Source: Octopus sinensis (taxonomy: Eukaryota). Taken from it: a stretch of DNA of 64,000 nucleotides. A model generated the notes under the pieces. The model made no database searches, was not told where the DNA came from, and worked only from the letters and a program-made list of their open reading frames with translations. The DNA is taken from assembly GCF_006345805.1 (NCBI RefSeq), contig NC_042997.1:168950001-169014000 (forward strand), written 5' to 3'. The position numbers were made by a program, and so were the translations under genes. Shown here piece after piece: positions 10,532 to 24,080 of the stretch (position 1 is its first letter; each line of letters opens with the position of its first letter).

Positions 10532-13519
10532 TAACGGGAAGCTTTATGAAAATAAACAAAAGACGAAGGCAGGTGGAGGACAAACGAACAATTGTATTAG
10601 TATGGCGCTCAGGAAATATAAATAAAACAAGTCTTTAACGTTTCGAGCCTACGCTCTTCAACAGAAAGATACACAGAGAGAGAAAAACACAGAAAGAAGG
10701 AGAGAAAAAAATGCGTGCAGTAGCTAACGATCAACATGGCGATCTGATTTCGGCCAGAGGTCAAAGATCAAACATGAGACGCGAGAGCGAAATAGGGGAG
10801 ATAATAGGGTTGATAAAAGGGTTGAGTGACCAGCTAAAAGTGCGTGGGAGGGGTCTGGATGTGTGTATGTATAGGGTTGGTGTATGTATTAGTATGTATA
10901 CGGGTGTGTGTGTGTGTGTGTGTGTGTGTTGTGTGTGTGTGTGTGTGTGTGTGTGTATGAGAGAGTATTAGTGCGTAAGATTGGTCTGGACGTGCGTATG
11001 TATGGGGTTGGTGTATGTATTAGTATGTATTAGTATGTATTAGTACGTATTGGTATGTATAGGTGTGTGTGTGTGTGTGAGAGAGAGTATAAGTGCGTAT
11101 GCGGGTCTGGACGTGTGTATGTATAGGGTTGGTGTAAGTATTAGTATGTACTAGTATGTATTAGTACGTATTCGTATGTATTAGTTGTTGTGTGTATTAG
11201 TATGGCCACATATGTGATGTGATTGTAAAGTCATGTGGTGTAGTGAGGAGAAGAGGGGGAGGGGGGAAAAGAGGGGAAGTGAGGAGAAGAGGGGGAGGGG
11301 GAGAAGAGGGGGGAGAGAAGGGGAGGGGAAGAAGAGGGGGGAGAAAGGGGGAAGAGGAGACGATGGGGGGAAGGAAGGTGAGGAGGGGGATGAAGGAGGA
11401 AAGATGGAGAGGGGGAGAGAGAGAAGGGGGAGAGGGAGTGAGGGAGCAGAGGGAAGGGGAAGAGGGAGGGAGAAAGGGGAAGAAGGGAAGGGGAGTATAG
11501 GGGTGGAAAGGATGAAGGACTGAAGAAGTAGGGGTCGGGGGGAGAAAGGATAGGTGAGGAGGGGGGAGAGGGGGTTAGATGAGGAGGGGGGGGGAGAGTT
11601 GAGACCAAATGGCGTATAAGAGCGAAGAGAGAAGATTAATTCCTGTTCACGGCGCAAACGGGAATCCGGATGGCCTCTGTGTAAGGACAAACCGAACACA
11701 GATAGGTGTTGCAAGGAGTGACCGGTGGAGCGGAAATGGCGTGAGACCGGTGTGTCGTTCGCAAGGTGGATGTCACGAAGGTGTTCCGCGACCGGTCAGC
11801 CAAGCGGCGTCCCGTTTGTCCGATGTACAAGGAATTGCAGAGAGAGCAAGAGATGCAATAGATAATATTGCTGGAGGTGCAGGTGAAAGGAGTTGATGAT
11901 GGGATAGGGTCGATGGTGGGTTGCTAGTGAGGCGGGTGGTGTTGGAGAGGTAAGGGCAAGTGCGGCAACGTGGGCGGGAGCAGGGGAACGAGCCGGGTTG
12001 GGAGGTAGGGTCAGGGAAGGAGCTATGGACCAAAGGTCTCGAAGGTTGTGGGCTCGTTTGAAAGAGGGGAGGGGTCGGTTAGGGAAGAGGTGTGAAGTGG
12101 ACGGGTCGGACTGGAGATGACGGAAAGCTCGAAGAATGGTGCGTTGGAGACGTAGGGTCGTGGGGTGGTAAGTGAGGGGAAAAGGGAGGCGGGAGACTAC
12201 AGGGCGGGTTCGGGGAGAGAGAGCAGATACACGGTCCACGGACCGTGCTCTGGCAAGGGCGGTGTGGATAGTGGTGAGGGGGTATCCACGTAGGGTGAAG
12301 TGGTGAGCCATACGTTGAGACTGAGTCTCAAAGTCATGGTCGTCACTACAGAGCCTACGTAGACGGAGGAATTGGGAATAGGGGATGGAAAGCTTGGTGT
12401 GTTCTGGGTGGGGGAGAAAGAAGTTGAGGTATGAGTGTGAGTCTGTGTGTTTGTAGTGAATGGAGGTGGTAAGAGTGGAGTGAAGAATGCTAACCGAAAT
12501 GTCGAGGAGGAGACAGAGGTGTTGGAGATAGTGGAAGTGAAGTGGAGGGCTGGATGGAAAGATTGGACGAAGAGAGGAAGGAATCTAGATGTTCGCGGGA
12601 GAGTGAGGTGGCACCGATAATGTCGTCATATAACGACCATATGTTCAGGAGTGGGACCAGTGAAATTAGAGAATATTGGGCCTCAACATAGCCAACGAAC
12701 AGGTTCGCATAGTTGGGGCCCATTCGCGTTTCCATGGCCACTCCCGGACCTGATGGTAGAACTCGCCCGCGAACGAGAAGCAGTTCAGAGTAAGGACAAG
12801 TTCGGCCAGACGAATGAGTGTGGAGGTGTCAGGTACAGGGTTAGAGCGAGGTCAAGAAGTGTCGAAGGGCCTGCAGTCCTTCGTGGTGAGGGATAACAGT
12901 ATAGAGGCTTTGGATGTCCATAGTAAAAAGGATTTTGGAGGAGCCGGAGGAAAGGAGAAAGAGTTGAAAAGCCGGAGAGCATGGTTGTATCGTGGATGTG
13001 GGGAGGAAGAGATGCCACTAGGGGGGCAAGGACACGGTCGAGGTATTTAGAGATGAGCTCCGTGGGGCAGTTACAGGCAGAGACGATGGGCGGGGCAGGG
13101 TTGTTGGGTTGTGGATTTTGGGGAGGAAGTAAATGGTGGGGGTACGTGGGGTTCGCACAATTAGGTTGGATGCGGTGCGGGGGAGACGGGAGGACGAGAT
13201 GAGGTCTTGGACAGTAGAGGATACCGTCTGTTGGTAGCTACGTGTGGGGTTAGAGGGCAGAGGGGAATAGAAGGAGGTGTCATTGAGTTGGCGGAAAGCC
13301 TCGGCCCTATAGAGGTCCGCGCGCACACCACTACAGCTCCACCCTTGTCAGCCGGTTTGATGATAATGTCAGCGCGCCGTTGGAGGGAACGAAGAGCCAA
13401 GAGCTCAGCCGGGGAGATGTTGAGGCGGCGTTGGCGCCTGGAGAAGTTGAACCGCTCCAATGCACGCTGACAAGCGCCCGCGAAAAGATCCACTGCTAGG
13501 ATCTGGCCAGGGGCAGGCG

Positions 13520-13521
<2 letters not shown>
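10532..13521 (-). mobile_element. Penelope-like retroelement (RT plus GIY-YIG endonuclease), 5'-truncated and frameshifted, in (TA)n
   Basis: Motifs IIKPADKGGAVVV, YFLPKIH, AM(G/E)TRMGPNYANLFVGY, YDDIIG, CSRPRCRTCP and YIGQTGRRLADR. The 3'UTR has a purine-rich tract, ~120-bp tandem repeats and a hammerhead-like motif. (TA)n lies on both flanks. Confidence 0.95.
10632..10669 (-). ncRNA. Minimal type I hammerhead-like motif (variant core CUGUUGA) in the Penelope 3' region
   Basis: Minus strand reads TCTTT-CTGTTGA-A-GAGC GTAG GCTC-GAAA-CG-TT-AAAGA. Stem I is TCTTT/AAAGA, stem II is GAGC/GCTC, stem III is the palindrome AACGTT. One core position deviates from CUGANGA. Confidence 0.65.
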
Positions 13522-13568
<47 letters not shown>

Positions 13569-13645
13569 TATATATATAATATTATATATATATATATATA
13601 CAACCACATAGTATTATGTATGTATGTAGACGGATTAGAAGCGCT

Positions 13646-14080
13646 TTCAAATATGCTTTAGGTATATTCGAACACGTAAGAAAACTATCCACTGTATTTT
13701 TGTCGCGGAGAAAATTTCTTGCCGTAGACATATAATTTTAAACGCACCAAATCAGTTCGAAGCTCTCCAACCTGACTGATTCACGGAACCATTTTGGAGT
13801 AGTTATTTCCTCTTCAGCATCAGGCACTAGAAAGGCGTAGCGCTGGAATTGAATAAGAGAGGGATCTCTCTTATTATATTCCAGTCAGTGTACTGTGACT
13901 AGTTGCACTAACTGGCGCCTCGGCCGTAATAAAATACGTATTAGAGGCGCCAAGCAATTATGCCTGTAAATATAAACTTGTTAACCACTTCAAATATGCT
14001 TGAAGTATATTCGAACCCGTAAGGCAGCCATTCACTGTATTTTTGTTATGGAGGAAATTTGTCACCGTAGATAAATATGT
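13646..14080. repeat. Diverged ~90-bp direct repeats enclosing two hairpins
   Basis: TTCAAATATGCTT..GTATATTCGAAC.CGTAAG..CACTGTATTTTTGT..GGAG.AAATTT..CCGTAGA occurs at 13646 and 13989. Confidence 0.75.
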
Positions 14081-14261
14081 AAGAAATTTTCAAAATGGTC
14101 AACAATTATTCTGCGTACTAGATTCAACTTTCTCAAGCTACCATTCTCTGGCGAAACACAGATATATCTAAATGATAAAAATAATTGTTATTGTTATTGT
14201 TGGTGTTGTTTACGCCGCCGCTGCCGTCATCGTCGTCGTAGTCGTAGTCTTCGTTATTGTT

Positions 14262-14470
14262 GTTGTTGTTTAGATCCCAGGCCAACCTCGATCGAGAAAA
14301 AAATGAACAACAAAATTCCCGCTTTGTCTATGATATTTTTTCTTTGGTTTTCTTTTTATCTTTTTAGTGTATATATATATATAGTTATATTATGACATGT
14401 TTCTTTTCTTCCTTTAAGACGTTAGAGTGATTGTAAGGAGATTTAGTCGCCTTTCCAGATCGAGCGACAG
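14262..14470 (-). mobile_element. Old SINE-like repeat with a (CAA)n tail; related pieces near 20510-20610, 48120-48320 and 61880-61920
   Basis: Shared GTTGTTGTTTAG.CCCAGG.CA and G.GTGATT..A.GGAGATTTAG segments across the copies. Confidence 0.45.
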
Positions 14471-14789
14471 CGTTAAACTGTATTAATGATAGTGATGGTA
14501 AACAAGAGAAGGTGAATTTTGAGAATGTACGTTTTTAAAGTTTGCTTATTAACCTTTTAGTTGCGTAATTAAATTCCATGGTCATCCCTGTAATGATGTT
14601 AATCATCTACCAAAAAAGAAGAAAAAAAACAGAACTGCTATATTCTGCTTCGGCAATACTCTTTCAGTTTGTCTTGTAGATATGGTTTTCATAGCCACCA
14701 GTAAAAGTATCTGATTCTCAATCTGTAAAGAAGTATTTGATGAAATATGTGAAAAAATTAAGAAAATCTGAAAAATTGTCTCTATAAAA

Positions 14790-15345
14790 CGTGTCACTGG
14801 AAGTGTTTCCATTTTTCGTAACACAAGGATAGGTTTCTTTTTTGTTTTTGTTTTTTTTCAAATCTGTTGGATAAACCCACTTTCCGCAAACGGTAAAAAA
14901 AATTTGGAGTGGATATATCTTTATTCGGCGTTGAAAGGGTTGATGTATTCGGTTCTTCTGAAATAAATGAGAGCGTTGATATTAATGATAGTATGCGAAA
15001 GGGAATTTTTTTTTTTAGAACGTATGCTATCTATTAAAGATTGTTTATTAATATACTCACCTATCAAATATATTCAGTATTGAACCAGAGTTTTGCACTT
15101 AATTTAATTTTGAAGTAAATTTCTGTACTCTTTTGATGAAATGAACTTGGTCAAGTCGTACATAAGTTAATGATGAATCATATCGGTAGCATCTAGTTCG
15201 AAATTGATTTTCTTATAGTAAGGTTTTAATGTCTTGGTATCATTGAGAAATAATCAATTCTACTAGATTCATGTTTCGACCATATGAGATGTCTTCTTTA
15301 TTCAATAGACAACAAATAATAATCAAGTTTCCTGTATAATCATTG
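14790..15345 (-). pseudogene. Possible decayed two-exon gene remnant
   Basis: Donor AG|GTGAGTAT at 15061/15060 and acceptor CTCTCATTTATTTCAG| at 14958 define a ~100-bp intron. The upstream frame is protein-like but contains stops. Confidence 0.25.
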
Positions 15346-15807
15346 TCCTCATCTCAACATCTGCAAACTTCACCCAAGACAAATGACTAACGTAACTTTT
15401 AGTTCAACAAAGAAATAACATAATGTAATAGAGTAATGACAAAACAAACATATCTAGTTTTCAATACATACTAATCCATCTAAATAAAGTATATAAAAAT
15501 CACTAAAAAAAACCCTAATTGAGCAACAATACAGAGACGTGCCGTTACATAATTTTAGCCTATATTTGTTCCATCCGTTGTTTCTTTCCTCTGTTAAAGA
15601 CCTTAATGGATTTTTATTATACGAGTTCCGTATAAAGTATCTGTAATGTTTGTATAAATATGTTTGATATCTAATACAAATTCAATAACGTTTCCAAGCA
15701 CTGAAAGATAACAATTTTCTAAAATAGTGAAGTAGTGAAGCATATGAAAGTAAGTTTTAGGTTTTCTTCTATTTTAGCTTACAGATATAAGAGTAAACTC
15801 TAGTCAA

Positions 15808-16118
<311 letters not shown>

Positions 16119-17041
16119 TTTATAACTTGATACAACAAAGAATGGTGAAATGCATGCCAAGGCCAGATTTGTGAAAAAAAGAAACGAAAAAATCTTATGA
16201 TTAAAGTACTATTGTTCTTCATATAAATTATGAAGAAAAAGATCAAAAGTAAACTAGAATATTTGAAACATGAATTATTCATTGAGCAAATCCTGGCACC
16301 GGTCAATATTGATCATAAACTTCAAACTTCTTAACTAAACAATCTTCTATAATTACCATTTGTTGATAAGAGTGATGAGGTGCAGTAGCATAGAAGTTAT
16401 TGACATCAATCACTTATGGTGCCTTTAAATATCGAACTAATCTAAAAGAAAGTATATTTATCAAAATGCAGTGGCTCGTTAAAAATGTACACAACTTCCT
16501 TTCATACTTTTTTATAATTAGGTTAGTTTTATCATTTTTTTTTTTACAAATATTTCCACATTTAAAACATATAGGATCCATTCTATTCATTAAAACCTCT
16601 CCTTCTAAGTAGGCATGGCAGTATGTTACCATATAAGCATACGTAAGAAAGAAAACCTTGCTGTTGCCACTCTAGTGCTCCAACTCTATAATTCCTAAGA
16701 TTAAAAAAATAAAACGAATTCCCATAACGTCTTAAATTTATCTTCGACCTCAGTAATTAACCAATAATAGTTTCAAGTTACCACATTAGCTGATAGTCTA
16801 CTCCCTTATGTGATAAAAACTAGTTCTAGCAGAAAAAAACCCAAAAAAAAACTGAAATCAAAACCGTTATAATCAATATCAGAAAGCGCTTTTATAGTTT
16901 AAGCGCTTTCTTTTCTCTTGTAGTCTAAACACTCTTATTAGATTCATTTCAATAGTAATCCCTTAATCCCGAATACTATTAGAATCTAGAAGGATCCGTT
17001 ATCTCCACCCATTTATATACTTTGTTAAAGATCGTGCAGCA

Positions 17042-17255
17042 AGGAGAGTTGGCTGAATCGTTAGCACCTCGGACAAAAATACTCAGCAGCATTTCTTTCG
17101 ACTCCTTACGTTCTGAGATCAAATTCCACCGAGGTCAACTTTGCCTTTCTTCCTTTCGGGATGGATCAAATAAGAAACATTTGAGCACTGGAGTCGAGGT
17201 AATCGATTATTCTCCCACCTGAGTTTTTGGTCTCGTGCATGCCTATATTAGAGAG
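17042..17255 (+). mobile_element. SINE family B', diverged copy
   Basis: GAGTTGGCTGAATCGTTAGCAC head, TTACGTTCTGAGATCAAATTCC B-box-like segment and GGTCAACTTTGCCTTTC core. Confidence 0.7.
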
Positions 17256-17709
17256 GATTCGTTATCTTGAAGTTGTCATTCCGCATACGCATTTTTAAAA
17301 GAGCTCTCTACTCTCTTTCATCCTTCAGTCTCCACATTTTATCAGCTGCTAATATCATCACATTCCACCAATTATTCTTTAGTTTTCAGCTTAATATAGA
17401 TATCATAAAAGTTATAAAACAGAGATCTTATAACTTTTATGATATCCAGACTAATGTTATTTCTTTCGTGGAAAATAATCATTTCAGTTTTATTACTTGC
17501 AGACAACACTGATTAAAGGATCTCAATGACTATAATTACTAATATTCCTTGATACTGCTGTAGATTTGTATAATCTAGCTTTGGCTTGACAATCAAGAAA
17601 TACTTAATCTGGAGGCAGCTGCTTTTAAGGCCGAAATGCACCAGACAAATGACTCTTGCATTTATATGTAAAATAGTATAACTTTGATCAATGAAATCTA
17701 ACTTAATAT

Positions 17710-18125
17710 ATTTCTTTACTACCCACAAGGGGCTAAACATAGATGGGACAAACAAGGACAGACAAAGGGATTAAGTCAATTACATCGACCCCAGTGCGAA
17801 ACTGGTACTTTATTTATCGACCCCGAAAGGATGAAAGGTTAAGTCGACCTCGGCGGAATTTGAACTCACAACGTAACGGCAGACGAAATACCTATTTCTA
17901 TTTCTTTACTAACCACAAGGAGCTAAACACAGAGAGGACAAACAAGGACAGACACACGGATTAAGTCGATTACATCGACTCCAGTGCGTAACTGGTACTT
18001 ATTTAATCGACCCCAAAAGGATGAAAGGCAAAGTCGACCTCGGCGGAACTTGAACTCGGAACGTAACAGCAGACGAAATACCGCTAAGCATTTCGCCCAG
18101 TGTGCTAACGTTTCTTCCAGCCTTC
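17710..18125 (-). mobile_element. SINE family B head-to-tail dimer
   Basis: Two ~180-bp units and one head. Imperfect TSD GAAATCTAACTTAATAT/GAAATCTACCTCAATAT. Confidence 0.9.
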
Positions 18126-18515
18126 CTGAAATCTACCTCAATATCCACAAGCCAGAAAAAGTTTTATATCTTTCTTGTCATAGCTCTGTGATCTCTTTTT
18201 ACCTTTCCTACTGAACTATACTGTTCCAAATGTTTACTTCTATCTTAACGTATCTGTTGTGCCATTTCTCTGATTTTCTTCCACCTACGTCGTTTCATTC
18301 CCTAAACATCGCTCAAATAGTCTTACGAGAATGTCATCTTAGAAACACACTAACTGCATTCGTTCAACCATTCATCTCACTCATTAAAAGAACTTATTTG
18401 AGAGGGACCCTCTCCTTGACATAGGCAATAATGATACAAGTGACCCTTTGATTTTCATATACCTACAAGAAATGTCCCTCTTAAAAAAGAAAGGTATATC
18501 AGATAATGTAGTTCT

Positions 18516-18942
18516 TATTTCTTTATTACCCCACAAGGGGCGAAACACAGAGGGGACAAATAAGGACAGACAAATGGATTAAGTCGATTACATCGACCCC
18601 AGTGCGTAACTGATACTTAATTTATCGACCCCGAAAGGATGAATGGCTAAATCGACCTCGGCGGAATTTGAACTCAGAACGCAGCGGCAGACGAAATACC
18701 GCTAAGCATTATTTCTTTATTACCCACAAGGGGCGAAACACAGAGGGGACAAATAAGGACAGACAAATGGATTAAGTCGATTACATCGACCCCTGTGCGT
18801 AACTGATACTTAATTTATCGACCCCGAAAGGATGAAAGGCAAAGTCGACCTCGGTGGAACTTGAACTCAGAACGTAACGGCTGACGAAATACCGCTAAGC
18901 ATTTCGCCCGGCGCGCTAACGTTTCTGCCAGCTCGCCGTCTT
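18516..18942 (-). mobile_element. SINE family B dimer with a variant junction
   Basis: Two units flanked by a perfect 14-bp TSD ATAATGTAGTTCTT (18503-18516 and 18943-18956). Confidence 0.92.
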
Positions 18943-19364
18943 ATAATGTAGTTCTTGATTACATTATCAAGATGGACTGACCATAGCTGGTCTCCTGTCG
19001 CCATAGTTCGGTTTGATCGCGTTTCGCTTTGAGATTAAACAACAACATAGGTAACGACTTTCCAGTATAACGACATTTCAAAAAATTAAAATGTGTTTCT
19101 CCGACGTGAAACACGCCTCCCACCATGATGAGGTTCTGCTTAGAATGAATCCGACAGCTGGGGAGCAGTAAAATTTGTTTACTACGTAGCCTGGTTGCAT
19201 CCCTGACCAACTTGAAACCGATTCCCATTGTGAACAATGATTACTAAAGCCATTTAGTTCTAGTTTCAGGAAAAAGTTTAATTTCTTTCTCATTTAATAA
19301 AGTTGCTTCGTCATTTTGTTTTAATTTCCCCTTTTCTCTTCCTCTCCTTTCTCGCGTTTTAACA

Positions 19365-19396
<32 letters not shown>

Positions 19397-19487
19397 CCTC
19401 CATTCCACTCCTCTCTTTTCAGGGTATCAAGGAACTAGCGTTCAAGATAAAGCTTTAGATGAAAATTTAAATTCAGTTGAAAGTATT

Positions 19488-19685
19488 GTATGTATGTATG
19501 TATTTATGTATGTATGTATGTATGTATGTATGTATGTATGTATGTATGTATGTATGTATGTATGTATATGTGTGTGTGTATGTATGTATGTATGTAGGTA
19601 TGTATGTGTGTGTGTGTATGTATGTATGTATGTATGTATGTATGTATGTATGCATGTATGTATGTATGTATATATCTATATATGT
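19488..19685. repeat. (TATG)n microsatellite
   Basis: Directly visible. Confidence 0.95.
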
Positions 19686-20879
19686 ATCACAGTTATGTAT
19701 GTTTGCAGATTATTTGATTATTTCTATAATCTGAAGACGTATTTCGTCATTAAATATCTCAACTTTATATGTAATTACATCTAATAACATTCATAAATTT
19801 AAATTTAAACCAAAGTAAGATCTCCGGAGTTGCGATTAGTTGGCATAATTCTTATTGGCTTACAGAATAATAATTAAATGAAATGGATAAGCGCAGAGAG
19901 ACGCTTACTCTTGAACCCATCAAGCTAGACTTAGATTTAAATGTATCTCTTCATCGGAAAAATCGTGTTACACACCGGTGATGTTCTGTTTAGCTGGGAT
20001 TAGCCCTTTCCCAGTCCAAAGCATTTTCAAAATCTTGTCCTAAACCTCCAAGCTTGTTTTCAGACTTTTAGTCAGCCATTGTGTCATACGTTCTGAATAT
20101 CATAAAGCTTTCCTTTCATAAGTCATAAGTTACTCTAGTGACTGAAAAAAATGTGGTAACGTGTATCATATGTGATTGCATGGAGCCAGGGAAATATATT
20201 CTGTATATCACATTTGATTCACAGGACAGGCAAAATGTTAAAACATCTGATCCGCGATGTAATTATACTACCCCATAGCCAGGCACCATTTCTGACCAAG
20301 AACCAAAGACTGTTAATATCTGAATGATGGCGACAAACAACTTCATAATGAGGTTTGCTTCTTTCCTATTCATAATATAGTATTGTTGTATCATAGTCTC
20401 ACCACATCACTTCCTTTTCCTTTTACTTTTTATACTTTTTCAATAGTAAAGTAGCAACGTTGCTTTCCTCTACTTCTTCTTTTTCAGAAGTAGAAGTAAT
20501 TAAAGTACGGTGTTCCAGTCTTTGATCATAGGTCTAGTTAATCAGGACTGACCTGGGGCTAAACAGTGACACCACCACCACCACCACCACAACAACAACA
20601 ACAACAACAGTTCATTGTAAGAATAGAATACTTTGGCATACTGCGAGGCAGTGACTTATCCAAGATTGGAAGATGACTGTAAATTATCAGATGGTTAAGA
20701 CAGCGTAGGAGACACGAGGACTGTATACGAAGAATCTAGTCTAGTCTAGTTCTCTGCATTATACACCAATTCAACTACCCAGCGAAATAACACTTATTAA
20801 ATATGCAGCAAGTGATTGCATGAATCCGCTTTTCTCTATAAGAAAAAAAAAAAAAAAACTTTTCTAAATTATGACAGAC

Positions 20880-20952
20880 ATATGTGAGTGTATATACACA
20901 CATATATATCATATATATGTGCATATGTATGTGTGTATGTATATATACATAC

Positions 20953-21051
<99 letters not shown>

Positions 21052-21104
21052 TGTATATGTATATATATACATACACACATACATATGCACATATATATGT
21101 GTGC

Positions 21105-21146
<42 letters not shown>

Positions 21147-21200
21147 AGAAAGGGAAAGAGACATAGAGAAAGAGAGAAACAGAGACAAGGACAAAAACAG
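20880..21200. repeat. (TA)n/(GA)n compound microsatellite
   Basis: Directly visible. Confidence 0.95.
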
Positions 21201-21897
21201 AAATAGAAATCTATATAGCGTAAGGAGCGGAACAAAATGAAAAAAATTATAATCCAAATAAAAGTTTTTAGCTATAAATAAATATCTTGCAACATAAAAA
21301 TATAATCACAATATATATATATATATATATATATAGTCCCTTTCTCCGCCTTCTCTCTCATCTCTTGCTCCATCTCTCTCGCCTCCTCTCTCTCTCTCTC
21401 CCCTCTCTCTCCTTCTCTCTCATTATACTTACATCGATATAGTTGGTGCCAAGCTGAAATGTCAACATCAACTAATCTCTTTCCTTCTTCTCCAGGCATC
21501 ATTGATCGTCTGTCTGACAATTCAAACACACTCGATCTGGTTCCTCGCTTATTAGAATGAACTCTATTACCCAATCTCTTTCTTAGCCCACCTTGCCCCC
21601 TTTCACTCATTGTATCATTGTCATCACTGTGTCCTGCTATACTATTGAACTAAAACTGATACGATTCCAAGATGACAGAGCTAAACATTAGTGTAAAGCA
21701 ATCCTGTGAAATCGACTAACGACTCTTCTATAGCTTGGTGAACTGATTTCAAACCCTATCTTGTAGGGAAAATACTTGAGTTAGACAGACGCCCTATCTG
21801 AAAGAGATTTGGACTCATTTACTTTGTTCCTGATTCAGAATATTACTCGTTACATCACTTCACAAACCAGAATTAAATCGTAAGTAGTAAACTGCAA

Positions 21898-22212
21898 ACC
21901 TATTTCTTTACTAACCACCAGGGGTTAAACACAGAGGGGCCAAACAAGGACAGACAAACGGATTAAGTCGATTACATCGACCCCAGTGCGTAACTGGTAC
22001 TTAATTTATCGACCTCGAAAGGATGAAAGGCAAAATCGACCTCGGCGGAATTTGAACTCAGAACGTAACGGCAGACGAAATACCTATTTCTTTACTACCC
22101 ACAAGGGGCTAAACACAGAGAGGACAAACAAAGACAGAGAATCAGATTAAGTCGATTACATCGACTCCAGTGCGTAACTGGTACTTATTTAATTGACCTC
22201 GAAAAGATGAAA
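21898..22212 (-). mobile_element. SINE family B, 5'-truncated multimer (about 1.7 units)
   Basis: Same unit and same GACGAAATACC|TATTTCTTT junction as the other multimers. Confidence 0.88.
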
Positions 22213-22251
22213 CATCATCACGGATAAATAATCTCAGCCAAATGAGTGTCT

Positions 22252-22555
22252 GTTTCGTTGTTTGTTCCTTCTCGAGCCACGCCTGGTTCATAGGGCCGGT
22301 TTCCCGGTTTCCTCGGCGTATAGGTTCCCCACCTGGACGTAACGCCGGTCCGTCGCAAGTGAACTGCAAGAGGAAAGAGTGAGAAAAAGTTGTGGCGAAA
22401 GAGTCAACAGAAGTTTGCCATTAACCTTATGCCAGAGCCGCGTGGAGCTTAGGTGTTTCGCTCATAAACACACACACATCGCCGGTCTGAGATTCGAACC
22501 CACGATCCCTCAACCGCTAGTCCGCTGCTCTAACCACTAGGCCATGCGCCTCCAC
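22252..22555 (-). mobile_element. tRNA-derived SINE family D, full length
   Basis: A box TGGCCTAGTGG and B box GGTTCGAATCT. The 3' domain GCGACGGACCGGCGTTACGTCCAGG..GGAAACCGGGAAACCGGCC resembles V-SINE-type domains. 12-bp TSD AAATGAG(T/C)GTCT. Confidence 0.88.
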
Positions 22556-22850
22556 AAATGAGCGTCTCGCTCGACTACAACCGATTCCAACTCAATTGCT
22601 TTCATTACCATGAATCACTAATTATACTCTTTAATAGCTTCATTTTGTAATACAAATGTCTATATTTTACTTCTGAGAAGGCAATAGATATTTTAAAAGA
22701 AGCTTTGTAAAGAAACGTATTTCCAAAGAGGACTTCTTTTATTTCCCAGAAATTATAAACATTTTATAGCCATACAAAAATGAATCTCAGACATCCTCCT
22801 CCTCCTCCTCCTCCTCCTCCTCATCCTCATCATCATCATCATCATCATCA

Positions 22851-22897
<47 letters not shown>

Positions 22898-23509
22898 TAT
22901 TATTATTATTCTCATCTACTAGCAATCGAGATGTTTGTTCCGCGTCACTTACTTTATAGCCAATTCTTTATTAGATATTAAATGACTTATAGCTTCTCGA
23001 AATTCAATATAGAGAAACTGGGCTGACCAGAAAACTTTGCTCTTCTTAAATAATGTGGTTTTTTTCCTCTTTGTTTCATAAGATATAAAGACGATTAGCT
23101 GCATTGAATAATATAATGAACAGTTATCGGGTTCAAATCCGTTGTATTGAGTCGTCAATAAATTCGTTTATTATTTTTTGTTTCGTTTTCATTTTAATTA
23201 TTCCAATGTTATTTGAATTCACACAAATTCTATAATTTTTTGTTGCTCTGTGCTTCCTTACAAATTCTATCTATGTTTTTTTTTTAAATAAATTGAATTA
23301 ATTTTTATCTCTTTTCAGACATAGGACGATGAAGTGCTATGAAAAGAAGAAAAGAAAAAAAATAACGAACAGATTTATCTGACAATCCATTGAGCTTTCA
23401 GGCAAGATGCATAATTCTACGGTTTCTCAATTTATTTAGCCAGGGCGGGGAACGGGTAGCACGCCCAGCTTTCCTACGAAATATTGCCTGCAACAGAATA
23501 TCTTCTTTC

Positions 23510-24080
23510 GTGGGGATGACGGCGGTGGTAATGATGGCGGTGGGGATGATGGCGGTGGTGATGATGGTGGTGGGGATGATGGCGGTGGGGCTGATGGCGG
23601 TGGGGCTGATGGCGGTGGAGATGATGGCGGTGGGGATGATGGCGGTGGTGATGATGGCGGTGGAGATGATGGTGGTGGAGATGATGGCGGTGGGGATGAT
23701 GGTGGTGGGGATGATGGTGGTGGGGCTGATGGCGGTGGGGATGATGGCGGTGGGGTTGATGGTGGTGGGGCTGATGGCGGTGGAGATGATGGCGGTGGGG
23801 CTGATGGTGGTGGGGCTGATGGCGGTGGAGATGATGCGGTGGGGCTGATGGCGGTGGGGATGATGGCGGTGGAGATGATGGCGGTGGGGCTGATGGCGGT
23901 GGGGCTGATGGCGGTGGGGATGATGGCGGTGGAGATGATGGCGGTGGGGATGATGGCGGTGGGGATGATGGCGGTGGGGCTGATGGTGGTGGGGATGATG
24001 GCGGTGGTGATGATGGCGGTGGGGCTGATGGCGATGGGGCTGATGGCGGTGGGGATGATGTGATGGTGATGGTGGTGATG
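23510..24080. repeat. 15-bp GC-rich minisatellite (GATGATGGCGGTGGG)n, about 37 units
   Basis: Directly visible tandem array with a few recurring unit variants. Confidence 0.95.

Noticed and set aside
11181-11714. Pro/Ser/Leu-rich 177-aa ORF as a host gene
   Set aside because: It is the Penelope endonuclease tail reading into the low-complexity 3'UTR.
16414-16632. 72-aa ORF with CxxC (CFKCGNIC)
   Set aside because: No complete zinc motif or other support.
22480-22555. Functional tRNA gene (also 42245-42316 and the family A/B heads)
   Set aside because: A and B boxes are present but the acceptor stems are incomplete, and each is fused to a SINE or Penelope body.
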